From the IMG/VR virus record IMGVR_UViG_3300027994_000001, positions 1-57,775 of that record: a DNA stretch of 57,775 bases. One strand, given 5' to 3'. Below the pieces are notes generated by a model that saw nothing but the letters and a program-made list of their open reading frames with translations, did no database searches and was not told where the DNA came from. A program made the position numbers and the translations under genes. Positions 48,101 to 56,132 of the stretch are shown in pieces. Each line of letters begins with the position of its first letter. Within the stretch, counting starts at the first letter, position 1. The stretch comes from a virus (taxonomy: Duplodnaviria > Heunggongvirae > Uroviricota > Caudoviricetes).

Positions 48101-50886
48101 TGCCGGAGTTAGCAAAACAAACTGTGAGAGACATTCAGGAAAATCTGGAAGAATTATATGCAGAAGCTAGAGAATTAACAGCAGATATTACCTCGGAAGA
48201 CACAGAAAATCTAATCGAAGGAGTTTCCGGCGTAAATGAGTCCTGGAATAAAAGACTAAGAGATTTAGAATTAGATACTGCGGATATGGCTGGTTTAGAA
48301 CTTGAAATCACTACAAATAAACTTGCAGAGGAAGCAAAGTTAAATATGACGGCAAAAAATAGAAAAACCACACAACAAATGCAGGATTCTATAGACAGCT
48401 ATATAAAAGGATACAGAGAAACGCTTCCAAAGTCAGTTTTAAGAGCTTTAGAGGCACAAAATCTATCAAAGGAAGACTTACTATCACCTAATATTAAAAA
48501 TGCTTTTGTAAAGGAGTTTTCAGAGAGTAGATTACTTCCATATTATAGAAGATACACACCGCAAAGCTATATAGACTTTCAAAATGACTTGAACAGCGAT
48601 AAACCAATCAATGAAATACTTAATACAGAATATCAGTATGTAGAGATAAAACCTAACTACAGCTTTCAAGATGAAGATACTTCTCAGATAAACCCAAACT
48701 ATATTGTTAACTCCGGAATGGGAAGCCAACAGCCAAAAGTAACTAAGTATAATAATACTGAGTTTGAGCAATTATTCGGCGCAACCACAAGAGATAAAGA
48801 CGGAAATTACTTAACCGCTTCTAAAAATGAAAAACTATTTGAAGTATATAAAGCTACAATAAAGTTAAGAAAAGACCAGATTGCTTTAATGGATGGAGAT
48901 GCAAGTTATAACATCTACTTGACTCCGCAAATTAGAAAACAAGGAATTGAAAGGTATTTAGGTGGGTTAAAAAGTTTATCAGGGCAGTCTATAAAAGACA
49001 CATTCGAGAACATAACTACATACACAGAAGATGATCAAATCCAAGGAGATAACAGACTGGGAACAGCAAATAAAAGTATCCCAAAACCATTCTATGCCAG
49101 ATTAGAAAACCAGACAGATATCACAGAAGATATTTTTCATGGACTTGCTATGACTAATAAAGCTGCTAATATCTATGCTTCCAGAGTAAAGTATTTTGGA
49201 GATGCGATGGCCATTATTGATAAAGCGTCTACAAGAACAAATGCCGATGGAAAGATAGGAACAGCAACGAATAGGTTTAAAGCCTTAGATAGTGCTATGG
49301 ATAATGATTTCTTCGGTATTAAACAAGCATCTACAGCTACAATTGATGTTCCTTTTGTGGGTAAAGTGGATTCTGCAAAAGTTGTGGAGGGATTAGGTAG
49401 TTTTTTACGCTTCAAAGGTTTAGGTGGAAGTGTGATAATTCCTACAACTGCGTTCTTAACTGCGAAGACTGCACAAACAGTGGAGAGAATAGTGGGACAA
49501 TATATAAATAATGATTCCTTTAAAAGAGGGAGTGCTTTATACCATGAGCAAGTGGGGCAAGCTATGGGAGAAATAAATCATGTAAGAACCAAGTCTAAGT
49601 TAAACTCTTTGGGACAGTATTGGGGAGCATTTGATTTAGAGAATACATTATCAGGATCAAAATTTAGTGCATTGCCACGTTTACTCTCTAAGAGCAGTAT
49701 GTTGTTATATACAGCTGCTAACTATCCGCTATATGGTAAGGGGATGCTTACTGTTCTGAATGATTTTAGAGTAGTGGATGGGCGAGTAGTAAAATTTACA
49801 GACTTTCAGCGTAACCAAAGAACAGCAAATTTAAAAATTACAAACGCCCAAATAAAAGAAAAATGGTCTAATGAAAATATAGTAATTTATGATTTTCAAG
49901 ACGTTTCTGATAATGGAGAAGTAAATTTTAACAAAGAAAAATTAAAAGCTGTACTGAGAGACACAAATGGAAACGAATATACAGATGAAGCTTTAGATCA
50001 AGAAATTGAAAGACTTAGTCAGGATATTAGAATTCAGATTAAGAATCTCAATGTTAAGGTGGATTTACAGCTGTCTCCAGAAGATAAGGTTCAGGCGCAG
50101 CGCAACTTCTTGTTAAATTTTATCATGATGTTTAAGTCATTCATGGTTGTTTTATTTGAAAATCGATTTAAGTCACAAGGATTTAATACTCAATCAAGAC
50201 AACTGGAAAGCGGAAGTTATTCAGGTATCTATAGAATGATAGGAGACATTGTAAAAGAGTGGAAGCAAAATGGAAATAACTTTATTGAAGCTTTTAAAAA
50301 CCAATATAATGGTAACTTTACAGAGCAAGAAGGAAGAATATCAGAATTAGAAAATATATCAAATAGAACACCTGAGCAAAATCAAGAGTTACAAGATTTG
50401 AAAGAAGAGGTTGTTCAAGGGATAGAATTGTCCGAATTAAGAAAGGCAAATTTGAAAAGATTAGGTGTCGATTTACTCTTCGTCAACACTATAATGCTGA
50501 TTTCCATGTTATTACGTGGATTAGCAGAGGATGATGAGAAGAGATCAAATTGGGCTTTACAAATGAGTAATTTATTAGTTTATAGGTTAGTTGGGGAACT
50601 ACACGCAGCTAATACAGGAATAGCTGCGCAATACTGGCAGACAGCTAAAGAACCCTTACAAGCAATGGAGCAAATTATAAATCTTAATAAACTACTTGAA
50701 GAAAATTCATGGAAAGAGGGTAAGATTTTGTCAACAACAGGTAAGTTTATGCCTTTTGCCAATAGTTTTTCTCAGTTAACTGACCCAGCTCAAGCATTCG
50801 ATTCTAAGCGGTATTACCAGGAAGTTAAGGATAACACGTTCTGGAGCGTTCCCATGTTTTATTTTTTAAATAAAGATGGTAATTAA
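45124..50886 (+). CDS. Giant internal virion/ejection protein (1920 aa)
   Basis: Degenerate zincin-like LTEETIHF motif near the N-terminus, long helical body, hydrophobic C-terminal helices. Confidence 0.6.
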   Translation: MNCTVKTDENNQITKVLNQQGTESKLFISVASHPFITSTEEALGVYKNIYSSKIGEENENNIQFVHEVNGEQFSSLKSALKEAVEGQKIELGFLSNNKFTPILTTTKNVDKSSVNGFTQASILEGTMAENRVKIGNEYLLQSEGENQMRKNVSLDLLANSAMTNLGSLGVEVSGTTVRLNENLGKTTVFTKAGERKIIDAQELDELSIDELKSRYENYEEIFAEREYKRNVPLYRERDESEAPETVKTDEEIKLSLYKLLKNMGVTVTSITNYTEKFQIRNSVPIQAEALADIAQRVIAFQTGQETLSNLTEETIHFIVEALPQERLENVLRNIDKSEEYKEFAQTYREVYSREYNAEETEIAVRKEILGKIALNAVQQSTPVSETTQNFFDSALQFIQEFFQDIASYLKPQYISDLNSIVGNIQNVLNTGDTGGLQLENLDNNKFRFYSLDKSSNAKKIAEETKKQIDILSRENDDLSRNQQGSQFNKNRLIAVQKELDSKLEVHAVATVARIADNNVNRLLAAIKDSKDKGKNYDLSQEEVMIFKNLTTETTNTLGVIKKLIETDEVLNKQTVWNTLSNSIGESIQRISDLKAQREVTQQESIEKQINAVTIDRGLSNREKEAMMRWVTYAESDISWVGATFLTLNNSPDSLMSLFATVKTGMISEGSRADHNQIKNWQKVIYDNGYDEKVISTFVKDGYFLSERDIAGYQKQLDQNFLQEYKKVFTDTKLKDEEILNKRSKGTLEWSDEQKDSIYEATRKLNENESERRMKDEYYAELEQKFINLNISKNTQNILQGLNADKRRITERARDTNGKIDLTLLSGQDIQQLNTLNLERKQLKSFVDELGNLKEGLRYSQDSQGKITIEAIGDINELPAPSRQALDLNKLDNSYENVTSEGDIELPQSFVDLILSKEDRDTQLLALQLNSQIGFSAEFWDSFGNNKGLVDKLEDLGGNEDLIDDIKANSFRLKNIIKVYTKSSNPSETDVENMPELAKQTVRDIQENLEELYAEARELTADITSEDTENLIEGVSGVNESWNKRLRDLELDTADMAGLELEITTNKLAEEAKLNMTAKNRKTTQQMQDSIDSYIKGYRETLPKSVLRALEAQNLSKEDLLSPNIKNAFVKEFSESRLLPYYRRYTPQSYIDFQNDLNSDKPINEILNTEYQYVEIKPNYSFQDEDTSQINPNYIVNSGMGSQQPKVTKYNNTEFEQLFGATTRDKDGNYLTASKNEKLFEVYKATIKLRKDQIALMDGDASYNIYLTPQIRKQGIERYLGGLKSLSGQSIKDTFENITTYTEDDQIQGDNRLGTANKSIPKPFYARLENQTDITEDIFHGLAMTNKAANIYASRVKYFGDAMAIIDKASTRTNADGKIGTATNRFKALDSAMDNDFFGIKQASTATIDVPFVGKVDSAKVVEGLGSFLRFKGLGGSVIIPTTAFLTAKTAQTVERIVGQYINNDSFKRGSALYHEQVGQAMGEINHVRTKSKLNSLGQYWGAFDLENTLSGSKFSALPRLLSKSSMLLYTAANYPLYGKGMLTVLNDFRVVDGRVVKFTDFQRNQRTANLKITNAQIKEKWSNENIVIYDFQDVSDNGEVNFNKEKLKAVLRDTNGNEYTDEALDQEIERLSQDIRIQIKNLNVKVDLQLSPEDKVQAQRNFLLNFIMMFKSFMVVLFENRFKSQGFNTQSRQLESGSYSGIYRMIGDIVKEWKQNGNNFIEAFKNQYNGNFTEQEGRISELENISNRTPEQNQELQDLKEEVVQGIELSELRKANLKRLGVDLLFVNTIMLISMLLRGLAEDDEKRSNWALQMSNLLVYRLVGELHAANTGIAAQYWQTAKEPLQAMEQIINLNKLLEENSWKEGKILSTTGKFMPFANSFSQLTDPAQAFDSKRYYQEVKDNTFWSVPMFYFLNKDGN

Positions 50887-50918
50887 TTTGGTAGATTGAA
50901 AAACAATTTGTATATTTG
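50887..50918 (+). promoter_or_regulatory. Consensus Bacteroidota promoter
   Basis: TTTG (50887-50890), 20-nt spacer, TATATTTG (50911-50918). Confidence 0.85.
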
Positions 50919-50920
50919 CC

Positions 50921-51016
50921 TCGTTGGTTATTCGTTCGAGGTTTAATTAATTAAAAAGAAATTATTGTTACCCCACCTTTTAGGCACTCGAACTGCCCTA
51001 TTGGGTGGGTTTTTAT
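50921..51016 (+). ncRNA. Putative ~95-nt structured small RNA or attenuator leader
   Basis: No ORF between a consensus promoter and a terminator hairpin. The hairpin loop CTCGAAC (50987-50993) is the exact complement of GTTCGAG (50934-50940). Confidence 0.5.
50972..51016 (+). terminator. Intrinsic terminator with extended interrupted stem
   Basis: CCCACC (50972-77) / GGTGGG (51004-09), inner TAGGCA / TGCCCTA, followed by a T-run. Confidence 0.75.
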
Positions 51017-51043
51017 TTAAATGAAAAAATAAATAAAATTTAT

Positions 51044-51075
51044 CTTGCATAATAAAAATAAATAACCTAAATTTA
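51044..51075 (+). promoter_or_regulatory. Weaker promoter-like element for the RNA ligase operon
   Basis: CTTG (51044-47), 20-nt spacer, TAAATTTA (51068-75); one mismatch in each box. Confidence 0.45.
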
Positions 51076-51099
51076 CAAAAAATTAAAAACCAATAAAAT

Positions 51100-52068
51100 A
51101 TGAAAAAGTATAATTCGATTGAACAATTTCGAAACGTAATCAGAAAAGTAAAAGAAAATCACGATTATCAAGGTAAAAATGAGCTAGGAGAGGCAATTTA
51201 TAGTCATTCAACCCCTTACCCGACACTTCAATTTAAAGGCACAGTTAAGATTCATGGAACAAATGCTGCCGTTGTAAAGTATAAAGCAGATGAAAGAATA
51301 GAATATCAGTCAAGAGAGAGAGTTTTATCATTAGAGCAGGATAACGCAAATTTCATGCTTGCAATGTCTAATTTAAATTGGCACAAATTACTGAGAAGAT
51401 TTAACTTTACAGATTATGTTGCAATTTACGGCGAATGGTGTGGAGGAAATATTCAAAAAGGGGTGGCAATTAACGGATTACCTAAAATGTTTATTATTTT
51501 TGGAATTAAGATAGATGATATTTGGATTGAATTGCCTGCGGATTTTAAAGACAATGAGAATAACATTTACAATATTCTACAATTTCCAACTTATGAAATG
51601 GACATTGATTTTAATAACCCAGAACTCTCTCAAAACAAACTTATCGATTTAACTATTAATGTAGAGAATGAGTGTCCTGTCGGAAAATATTTCGGAGTGA
51701 GCGGCATTGGAGAAGGAATTGTGTGGACAAGTGCTGACAATGAAGATTTTAAATTTAAGTCAAAAGGCGAGAAGCACAGCGCATCAAAAGTAAAAACATT
51801 AAATGCAGTTGATACAGAATCATTAGAGGGACTTAAAGGATTTGTTGACTTGGCTGTAACAGAAAATAGATTGGAACAAGGTTTACAGTATTTAGCTGAA
51901 ATGGGATTTAGCTTAGATCAAAAAAGTACAGGCCAGTTTTTAGGATGGATGGTAAAAGACGTAATAAAGGAAGAAACAGATACAATTGTTTCTAATCAAT
52001 TTGATGTTAAAAAAGTTAAATCAGCAGTTAGTAACAAAGCCAGAATTTGGTTTTTAAATAGAGTATAA
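51100..52068 (+). CDS. RNA ligase, Rnl2 family
   Basis: Nucleotidyltransferase motifs I KIHGTN, Ia QSRER, III YGEWCG, IIIa FIIFGI, IV GEGIV, V FKFKSK; helical C-domain. Confidence 0.88.
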   Translation: MKKYNSIEQFRNVIRKVKENHDYQGKNELGEAIYSHSTPYPTLQFKGTVKIHGTNAAVVKYKADERIEYQSRERVLSLEQDNANFMLAMSNLNWHKLLRRFNFTDYVAIYGEWCGGNIQKGVAINGLPKMFIIFGIKIDDIWIELPADFKDNENNIYNILQFPTYEMDIDFNNPELSQNKLIDLTINVENECPVGKYFGVSGIGEGIVWTSADNEDFKFKSKGEKHSASKVKTLNAVDTESLEGLKGFVDLAVTENRLEQGLQYLAEMGFSLDQKSTGQFLGWMVKDVIKEETDTIVSNQFDVKKVKSAVSNKARIWFLNRV

Positions 52069-52069
52069 T

Positions 52070-52876
52070 ATGCCAGACAATACAGCATTATCAACAAGAA
52101 TGAAAGAAAACTACGAAAACCGTAGTAAACAATATTTAACAAGACGAACACCAACAATCATTAGATTAGATGGGAAGGCATTTCACACTTGGACTAAAGG
52201 ACTTGAGAAACCTTTTGATGAAGGGCTTATTGAAGACATGCAGGAAACTACTAAGTTTTTGTGCCAGAATATACAAGGCTGTAAGATGGGGTATACTCAA
52301 TCCGATGAAATCACTTTAGTTTTAACTGACTATGATACATTTGAAACTTCGGCTTGGTTTGATTATTCGGTACAGAAAATGGTCTCTATTTCAGCTTCAA
52401 TAGCTACGGCTAAGTTCAACCAATTGAGGATAATCAGGAGTATAACTGAGCATGAATACGGTGGAATGGCTACAGCTGATGAAATAGATGAAATTAATCT
52501 AGCTTTTTTTGATTCACGCGTATTCCAGATTCCCGAAAAAGAAGAAGTAGTTAACTGCTTAATCTGGAGACAAAGAGATGCGGAGAAAAATTCAATAGCA
52601 ATGCTGGCTCAATCTTTATACTCTCACTCAGAACTTTATAAAAAGAATGGAAACGATATGCAGGAGATGTGTTTTCAAAAAGGACATAATTGGAATGACT
52701 TACATTTCTCTAAAAAACGAGGGAGTTTTATTATAAAGAATATTTATGTAAATGGACAATTATATAAGAATGATAACCCAGAAGCATTAAAAACGGAAAC
52801 AGTAAGAAGCAAGTGGGAGATTATTGAAACTCCATTTTTTGGAAAAGATAGAAACTCAATTTTAGATTTAATTTAA
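52070..52876 (+). CDS. thg1: tRNA(His) guanylyltransferase family 3'-5' polymerase (Thg1/TLP)
   Basis: IIRLDGKAFH, YTQSDEITL, FDSR, WRQRDA, NWNDL: the catalytic Asp residues and family motifs are present. Confidence 0.93.
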   Translation: MPDNTALSTRMKENYENRSKQYLTRRTPTIIRLDGKAFHTWTKGLEKPFDEGLIEDMQETTKFLCQNIQGCKMGYTQSDEITLVLTDYDTFETSAWFDYSVQKMVSISASIATAKFNQLRIIRSITEHEYGGMATADEIDEINLAFFDSRVFQIPEKEEVVNCLIWRQRDAEKNSIAMLAQSLYSHSELYKKNGNDMQEMCFQKGHNWNDLHFSKKRGSFIIKNIYVNGQLYKNDNPEALKTETVRSKWEIIETPFFGKDRNSILDLI

Positions 52877-52882
52877 AAAATA

Positions 52883-53497
52883 ATGATAAATAACTTACAA
52901 ATAATATTACCTTTACTTAGTTTTGAATCAAAAGACGATTTTTATTATCTTCAAATCCTGCAACGTAAGAAAGAGAACCCCGAATTGGGAAGTAACAGCA
53001 GAGTAATCAAAAACTACTATATCAGTTCGGTGGAGTATTTAACAGAAAGATATCCCGAAATCATTAAATTATGCGAAGTGTTCAATGCCCGCGCCTCAAT
53101 AAGACTAAATAAAAGAAGTTATAAAAAAGTAGGAATGAAGGCTATGGTTAATCTTGCAAATACAATGATGAATGAAGAATACAGTTTCTTAAAAGCATCA
53201 TATGACAGAGCTTGCGGATTAGGACACAATGATAAAAATAAAACTTGGATTGTAGATATAGATAAAGATGAAGTTATTTGGTTAGAGCAGATTATAAACT
53301 CTATTCAATCATCTCAGCCAGAAGGAAATAAAATAGTAGCCCAAATACCAAGTAAAACAGGTATGCATCTAATTACAAAGCCTTTTAATACTTTAGATTT
53401 TAAAGACAGATTTACTGAGGAATTAACCGAGTATAAAATGAGTTATGTTGAACTAGAGATACATAAAGATAACCCGACTAATTTATATATTCCATGA
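52883..53497 (+). CDS. Putative AEP-fold (primase-polymerase-like) nucleotidyltransferase
   Basis: WIVDID (motif I hhhDhD), SKTGMH (motif II sxxGxH), IHKD (motif III). Confidence 0.5.
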   Translation: MINNLQIILPLLSFESKDDFYYLQILQRKKENPELGSNSRVIKNYYISSVEYLTERYPEIIKLCEVFNARASIRLNKRSYKKVGMKAMVNLANTMMNEEYSFLKASYDRACGLGHNDKNKTWIVDIDKDEVIWLEQIINSIQSSQPEGNKIVAQIPSKTGMHLITKPFNTLDFKDRFTEELTEYKMSYVELEIHKDNPTNLYIP

Positions 53498-53916
53498 AAG
53501 ACACACCATTTGAAGTAATAGAAGCACAATGTTATTTATGGGCTAAAAACCCAGTGGGAGGAGATACATACAATAGAATAGTTAAAACAGTGGAAAAATA
53601 TCCAGAGTATTTTCCTTGGGAAACTAAGTATAATTCTATTGATGAAAGTGTGCATAAGGCTTATGAAAATGAGAAAGAACTTCTTTATAAATCTTTTTTC
53701 CCGACAACACCAATGGATATTCAACCAGGAGAGGGAATTTATGCTTGGTCAAAACGTATAAGTGCAGAAGTAATTAGTTATAATAAGCCTGTAGATTGGG
53801 ACGAACTTTTTAAAAATATAAAGAACAGGCAAGAAAGACATGAAGATTTCTCAAAAGCTAAAAAGAAATTGTGGATTAAACACTATAAAAAATTTAATTT
53901 AAAATATCAGGAATAA
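53494..53916 (+). CDS. Hypothetical protein (140 aa)
   Basis: Coupled ORF (ATGA overlap). Confidence 0.6.
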   Translation: MKDTPFEVIEAQCYLWAKNPVGGDTYNRIVKTVEKYPEYFPWETKYNSIDESVHKAYENEKELLYKSFFPTTPMDIQPGEGIYAWSKRISAEVISYNKPVDWDELFKNIKNRQERHEDFSKAKKKLWIKHYKKFNLKYQE

Positions 53917-54497
53917 TGGAACAAATAATTAAAAAAGCTTGGAAAATATCTGTAAAAGATTTAAGTGAGCCTTGGTATTTTGAAGATGTTTACGTAAATT
54001 GTGAAACAAGAGGAGAAGCCAGAAGTCAAGGACTACAAGAAATGTGTAATCTCGGCGCGGAAAAGCTAAAAGAATCTCGGTACGACGATACAGATTTGCG
54101 TTACATAGACATCATAGCTCATAGAAGTAAAGATTATGACACTATTTTATTTGAGGGTAAAGAAATGAAACGGCATCAAATAGAAAAACATATTTGGTGT
54201 AAAGAACGTGATCAAAAAGCTTATGAGTTGACTGTTTCTAATCCAAATGATTTAGCTGTTGTCTATGCAGGAGTTTATGGTAGTTATTGGGGTTCTAATC
54301 GCAGTGGTTATTCTGATTCAATTGTTTTTGCCGGAAAATACGATGTAAGGGAGGCTTATGATATTGTAAGAGGAAGCGAATACAGCAGACAAGAAACTGT
54401 CAAACTTTTGAATGTAGAGAAATTTAATTTAGGTATTGAGGAAAAAATAGAAAAATTACAAAAAGAAATTGATAGATTAAAATCTCGTAAAATATAA
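53916..54497 (+). CDS. Hypothetical phage protein (193 aa)
   Basis: Coupled ORF; YWGSNRSGY...AGKY...EAY motif. Confidence 0.6.
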   Translation: MEQIIKKAWKISVKDLSEPWYFEDVYVNCETRGEARSQGLQEMCNLGAEKLKESRYDDTDLRYIDIIAHRSKDYDTILFEGKEMKRHQIEKHIWCKERDQKAYELTVSNPNDLAVVYAGVYGSYWGSNRSGYSDSIVFAGKYDVREAYDIVRGSEYSRQETVKLLNVEKFNLGIEEKIEKLQKEIDRLKSRKI

Positions 54498-54499
54498 TT

Positions 54500-54829
54500 A
54501 TGACACCAATTAAACACACATTAAAAAACAACATAGTTAGATTTGATTATAAATCCGAGCCTTATAATGAATGGCTGTCACAAGGAGTAAAAACAGGAGA
54601 TGTTGGTTTTCTATTAATGGGAATTGATTATGGTCTAGGTTTTTATTTATATGAGGGATTTGGAACAATTGAAGCTCCTTATAAAGAACTAAGGAAGATT
54701 GACATGCAACACGATGACGTTTATGACGGAAAAATATCAACAATAGAAGATATCATGAGTCCGCCAAAAACAAAACCAAACTATAATACAAGTTTTAGTT
54801 TTGCAATCTTAGATTTTAGTAAACTATGA
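54500..54829 (+). CDS. Hypothetical protein (109 aa)
   Basis: Intact ORF in the operon. Confidence 0.55.
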   Translation: MTPIKHTLKNNIVRFDYKSEPYNEWLSQGVKTGDVGFLLMGIDYGLGFYLYEGFGTIEAPYKELRKIDMQHDDVYDGKISTIEDIMSPPKTKPNYNTSFSFAILDFSKL

Positions 54830-55008
54830 CAACTAGGTATTTAATACAAGAGATAGACGGCACTGGATTTTGGTCGAAAGGTTACAGAAGATTTAAAGGT
54901 TTTCTTTTCGCCGACCAATTTGAATCAGAAGATCAGGCATTGATATATGCGAAAAAAGAGTGCATAGGAATTTTTAAAATAATCAAGATTTATGATACAA
55001 GAGAATAA
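54826..55008 (+). CDS. Hypothetical protein (60 aa)
   Basis: Coupled small ORF. Confidence 0.5.
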   Translation: MTTRYLIQEIDGTGFWSKGYRRFKGFLFADQFESEDQALIYAKKECIGIFKIIKIYDTRE

Positions 55009-55228
55009 AGAAATAATTTGGCAGTTGACTAAAGACTATAAACCTGAATATATCTGTGGTTTTGATGATTATCTGCCGGAAGAGGCTGTAAATTTCTGGA
55101 ATAAAATAAAAAAGAAAATCGGTTTAAAATACAAAGTAAAAGAATCAAACAGTTATGGGGCTATTGGCAAAATAGAAACGATAGATGGTAAACAAATTGT
55201 AAGTTATGACATCAAAAGAGATAGATAA
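54992..55228 (+). CDS. Hypothetical protein (78 aa)
   Basis: Overlapping small ORF. Confidence 0.5.
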   Translation: MIQENKEIIWQLTKDYKPEYICGFDDYLPEEAVNFWNKIKKKIGLKYKVKESNSYGAIGKIETIDGKQIVSYDIKRDR

Positions 55229-55751
55229 AGCACTTAGAAGTCATTTCCAAAATAACAGCCGTTACATGGTTTCAAACGTATATCCTTTTGACAGTTATTA
55301 TAAAGAAATTGATTTCTTAGTTGTTAAGGAAAATGGCATAATACTAGATATAGAAATTAAAGTAACACGTGCCGACTTTAAAGCGTATTTCAAGAAAAAG
55401 AAGCATGAAATATTAAGAAACGGCTACATTACTTTAAATCATTTTTCGGCAAGAACAGAAACAACAGGTTTAGTAAGATATGAAGCTGGAGAAAAAATTA
55501 ACATAGATACACCTAATAGATTTTACTTTTGCGTACCTGAAAATTTAATTTCTGTTGATGATCCATTACTTCCTGATTATGCGGGATTACTTTATGTAAC
55601 GGAATTCGGCGGGATAAGAAAAATAAAAGAAGCAAAACTATTACACAAAGAGAAAAAACTAAAAGAAATAGAATCAGTATTATGCAGAAAATTCTATTAC
55701 AGTTACTTAACACTTAAAGAAAAATCAAATGGAAATAACATGGACATATAA
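55206..55751 (+). CDS. MmcB-like PD-(D/E)xK nuclease
   Basis: EIDFLVV...DIEIKVTRADF, NRFYFCVP, YAGLLYV. Confidence 0.75.
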   Translation: MTSKEIDKALRSHFQNNSRYMVSNVYPFDSYYKEIDFLVVKENGIILDIEIKVTRADFKAYFKKKKHEILRNGYITLNHFSARTETTGLVRYEAGEKINIDTPNRFYFCVPENLISVDDPLLPDYAGLLYVTEFGGIRKIKEAKLLHKEKKLKEIESVLCRKFYYSYLTLKEKSNGNNMDI

Positions 55752-55857
55752 TTTTTTAGAATCAATCGCCTTTATAGGATTGGTAATACTAGGTATTTGG
55801 CTTGTAGCGGCAATAATAGTTTATTTAATAACATGGTTAGCATTTAGACCAAAATAA
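55729..55857 (+). CDS. 42-aa membrane protein (not in the ORF track)
   Basis: MEITWTYNFLESIAFIGLVILGIWLVAAIIVYLITWLAFRPK*. Confidence 0.6.
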   Translation: MEITWTYNFLESIAFIGLVILGIWLVAAIIVYLITWLAFRPK

Positions 55858-55858
55858 T

Positions 55859-56002
55859 ATGGAAGAACAAGAAATACCAAAACCAGTAGGCGATTTTATA
55901 ATAAATAATGCTGAGGGAATAGAACTACCAGACGGAGTTTACTATCATTACACAGAAGTAATTAAATTATTAAAATTATATGGGAACAGGACAAATACAT
56001 AA
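55859..56002 (+). CDS. 47-aa hypothetical protein (not in the ORF track)
   Basis: MEEQEIPKPVGDFIINNAEGIELPDGVYYHYTEVIKLLKLYGNRTNT*; tightly packed with neighbours. Confidence 0.55.
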   Translation: MEEQEIPKPVGDFIINNAEGIELPDGVYYHYTEVIKLLKLYGNRTNT

Positions 56003-56132
56003 AGAAGTGTTTGTAAAACATTGTCAGGATCAACTCAAAATACTGGATAAATTTTCAGATGAACATCCTGAATTAGATTTTAGACTAATAGAAATTGCTT
56101 TAGAACTTTTAATTAAAAAGGAGTATGAGTAA
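55980..56132 (+). CDS. 50-aa hypothetical protein (not in the ORF track)
   Basis: MGTGQIHKEVFVKHCQDQLKILDKFSDEHPELDFRLIEIALELLIKKEYE*. Confidence 0.5.
   Translation: MGTGQIHKEVFVKHCQDQLKILDKFSDEHPELDFRLIEIALELLIKKEYE

Noticed and set aside
50930-50945. GTTCGAG as a tRNA T-loop
   Set aside because: No T-stem, acceptor stem or anticodon arm can be formed; no tRNA gene was found in the window.
266-54743. The many 60-180 aa minus-strand ORFs (and a few shifted plus-strand ORFs) inside long genes
   Set aside because: Shadow ORFs of AT-rich, codon-biased genes; no starts, motifs or promoters support them.
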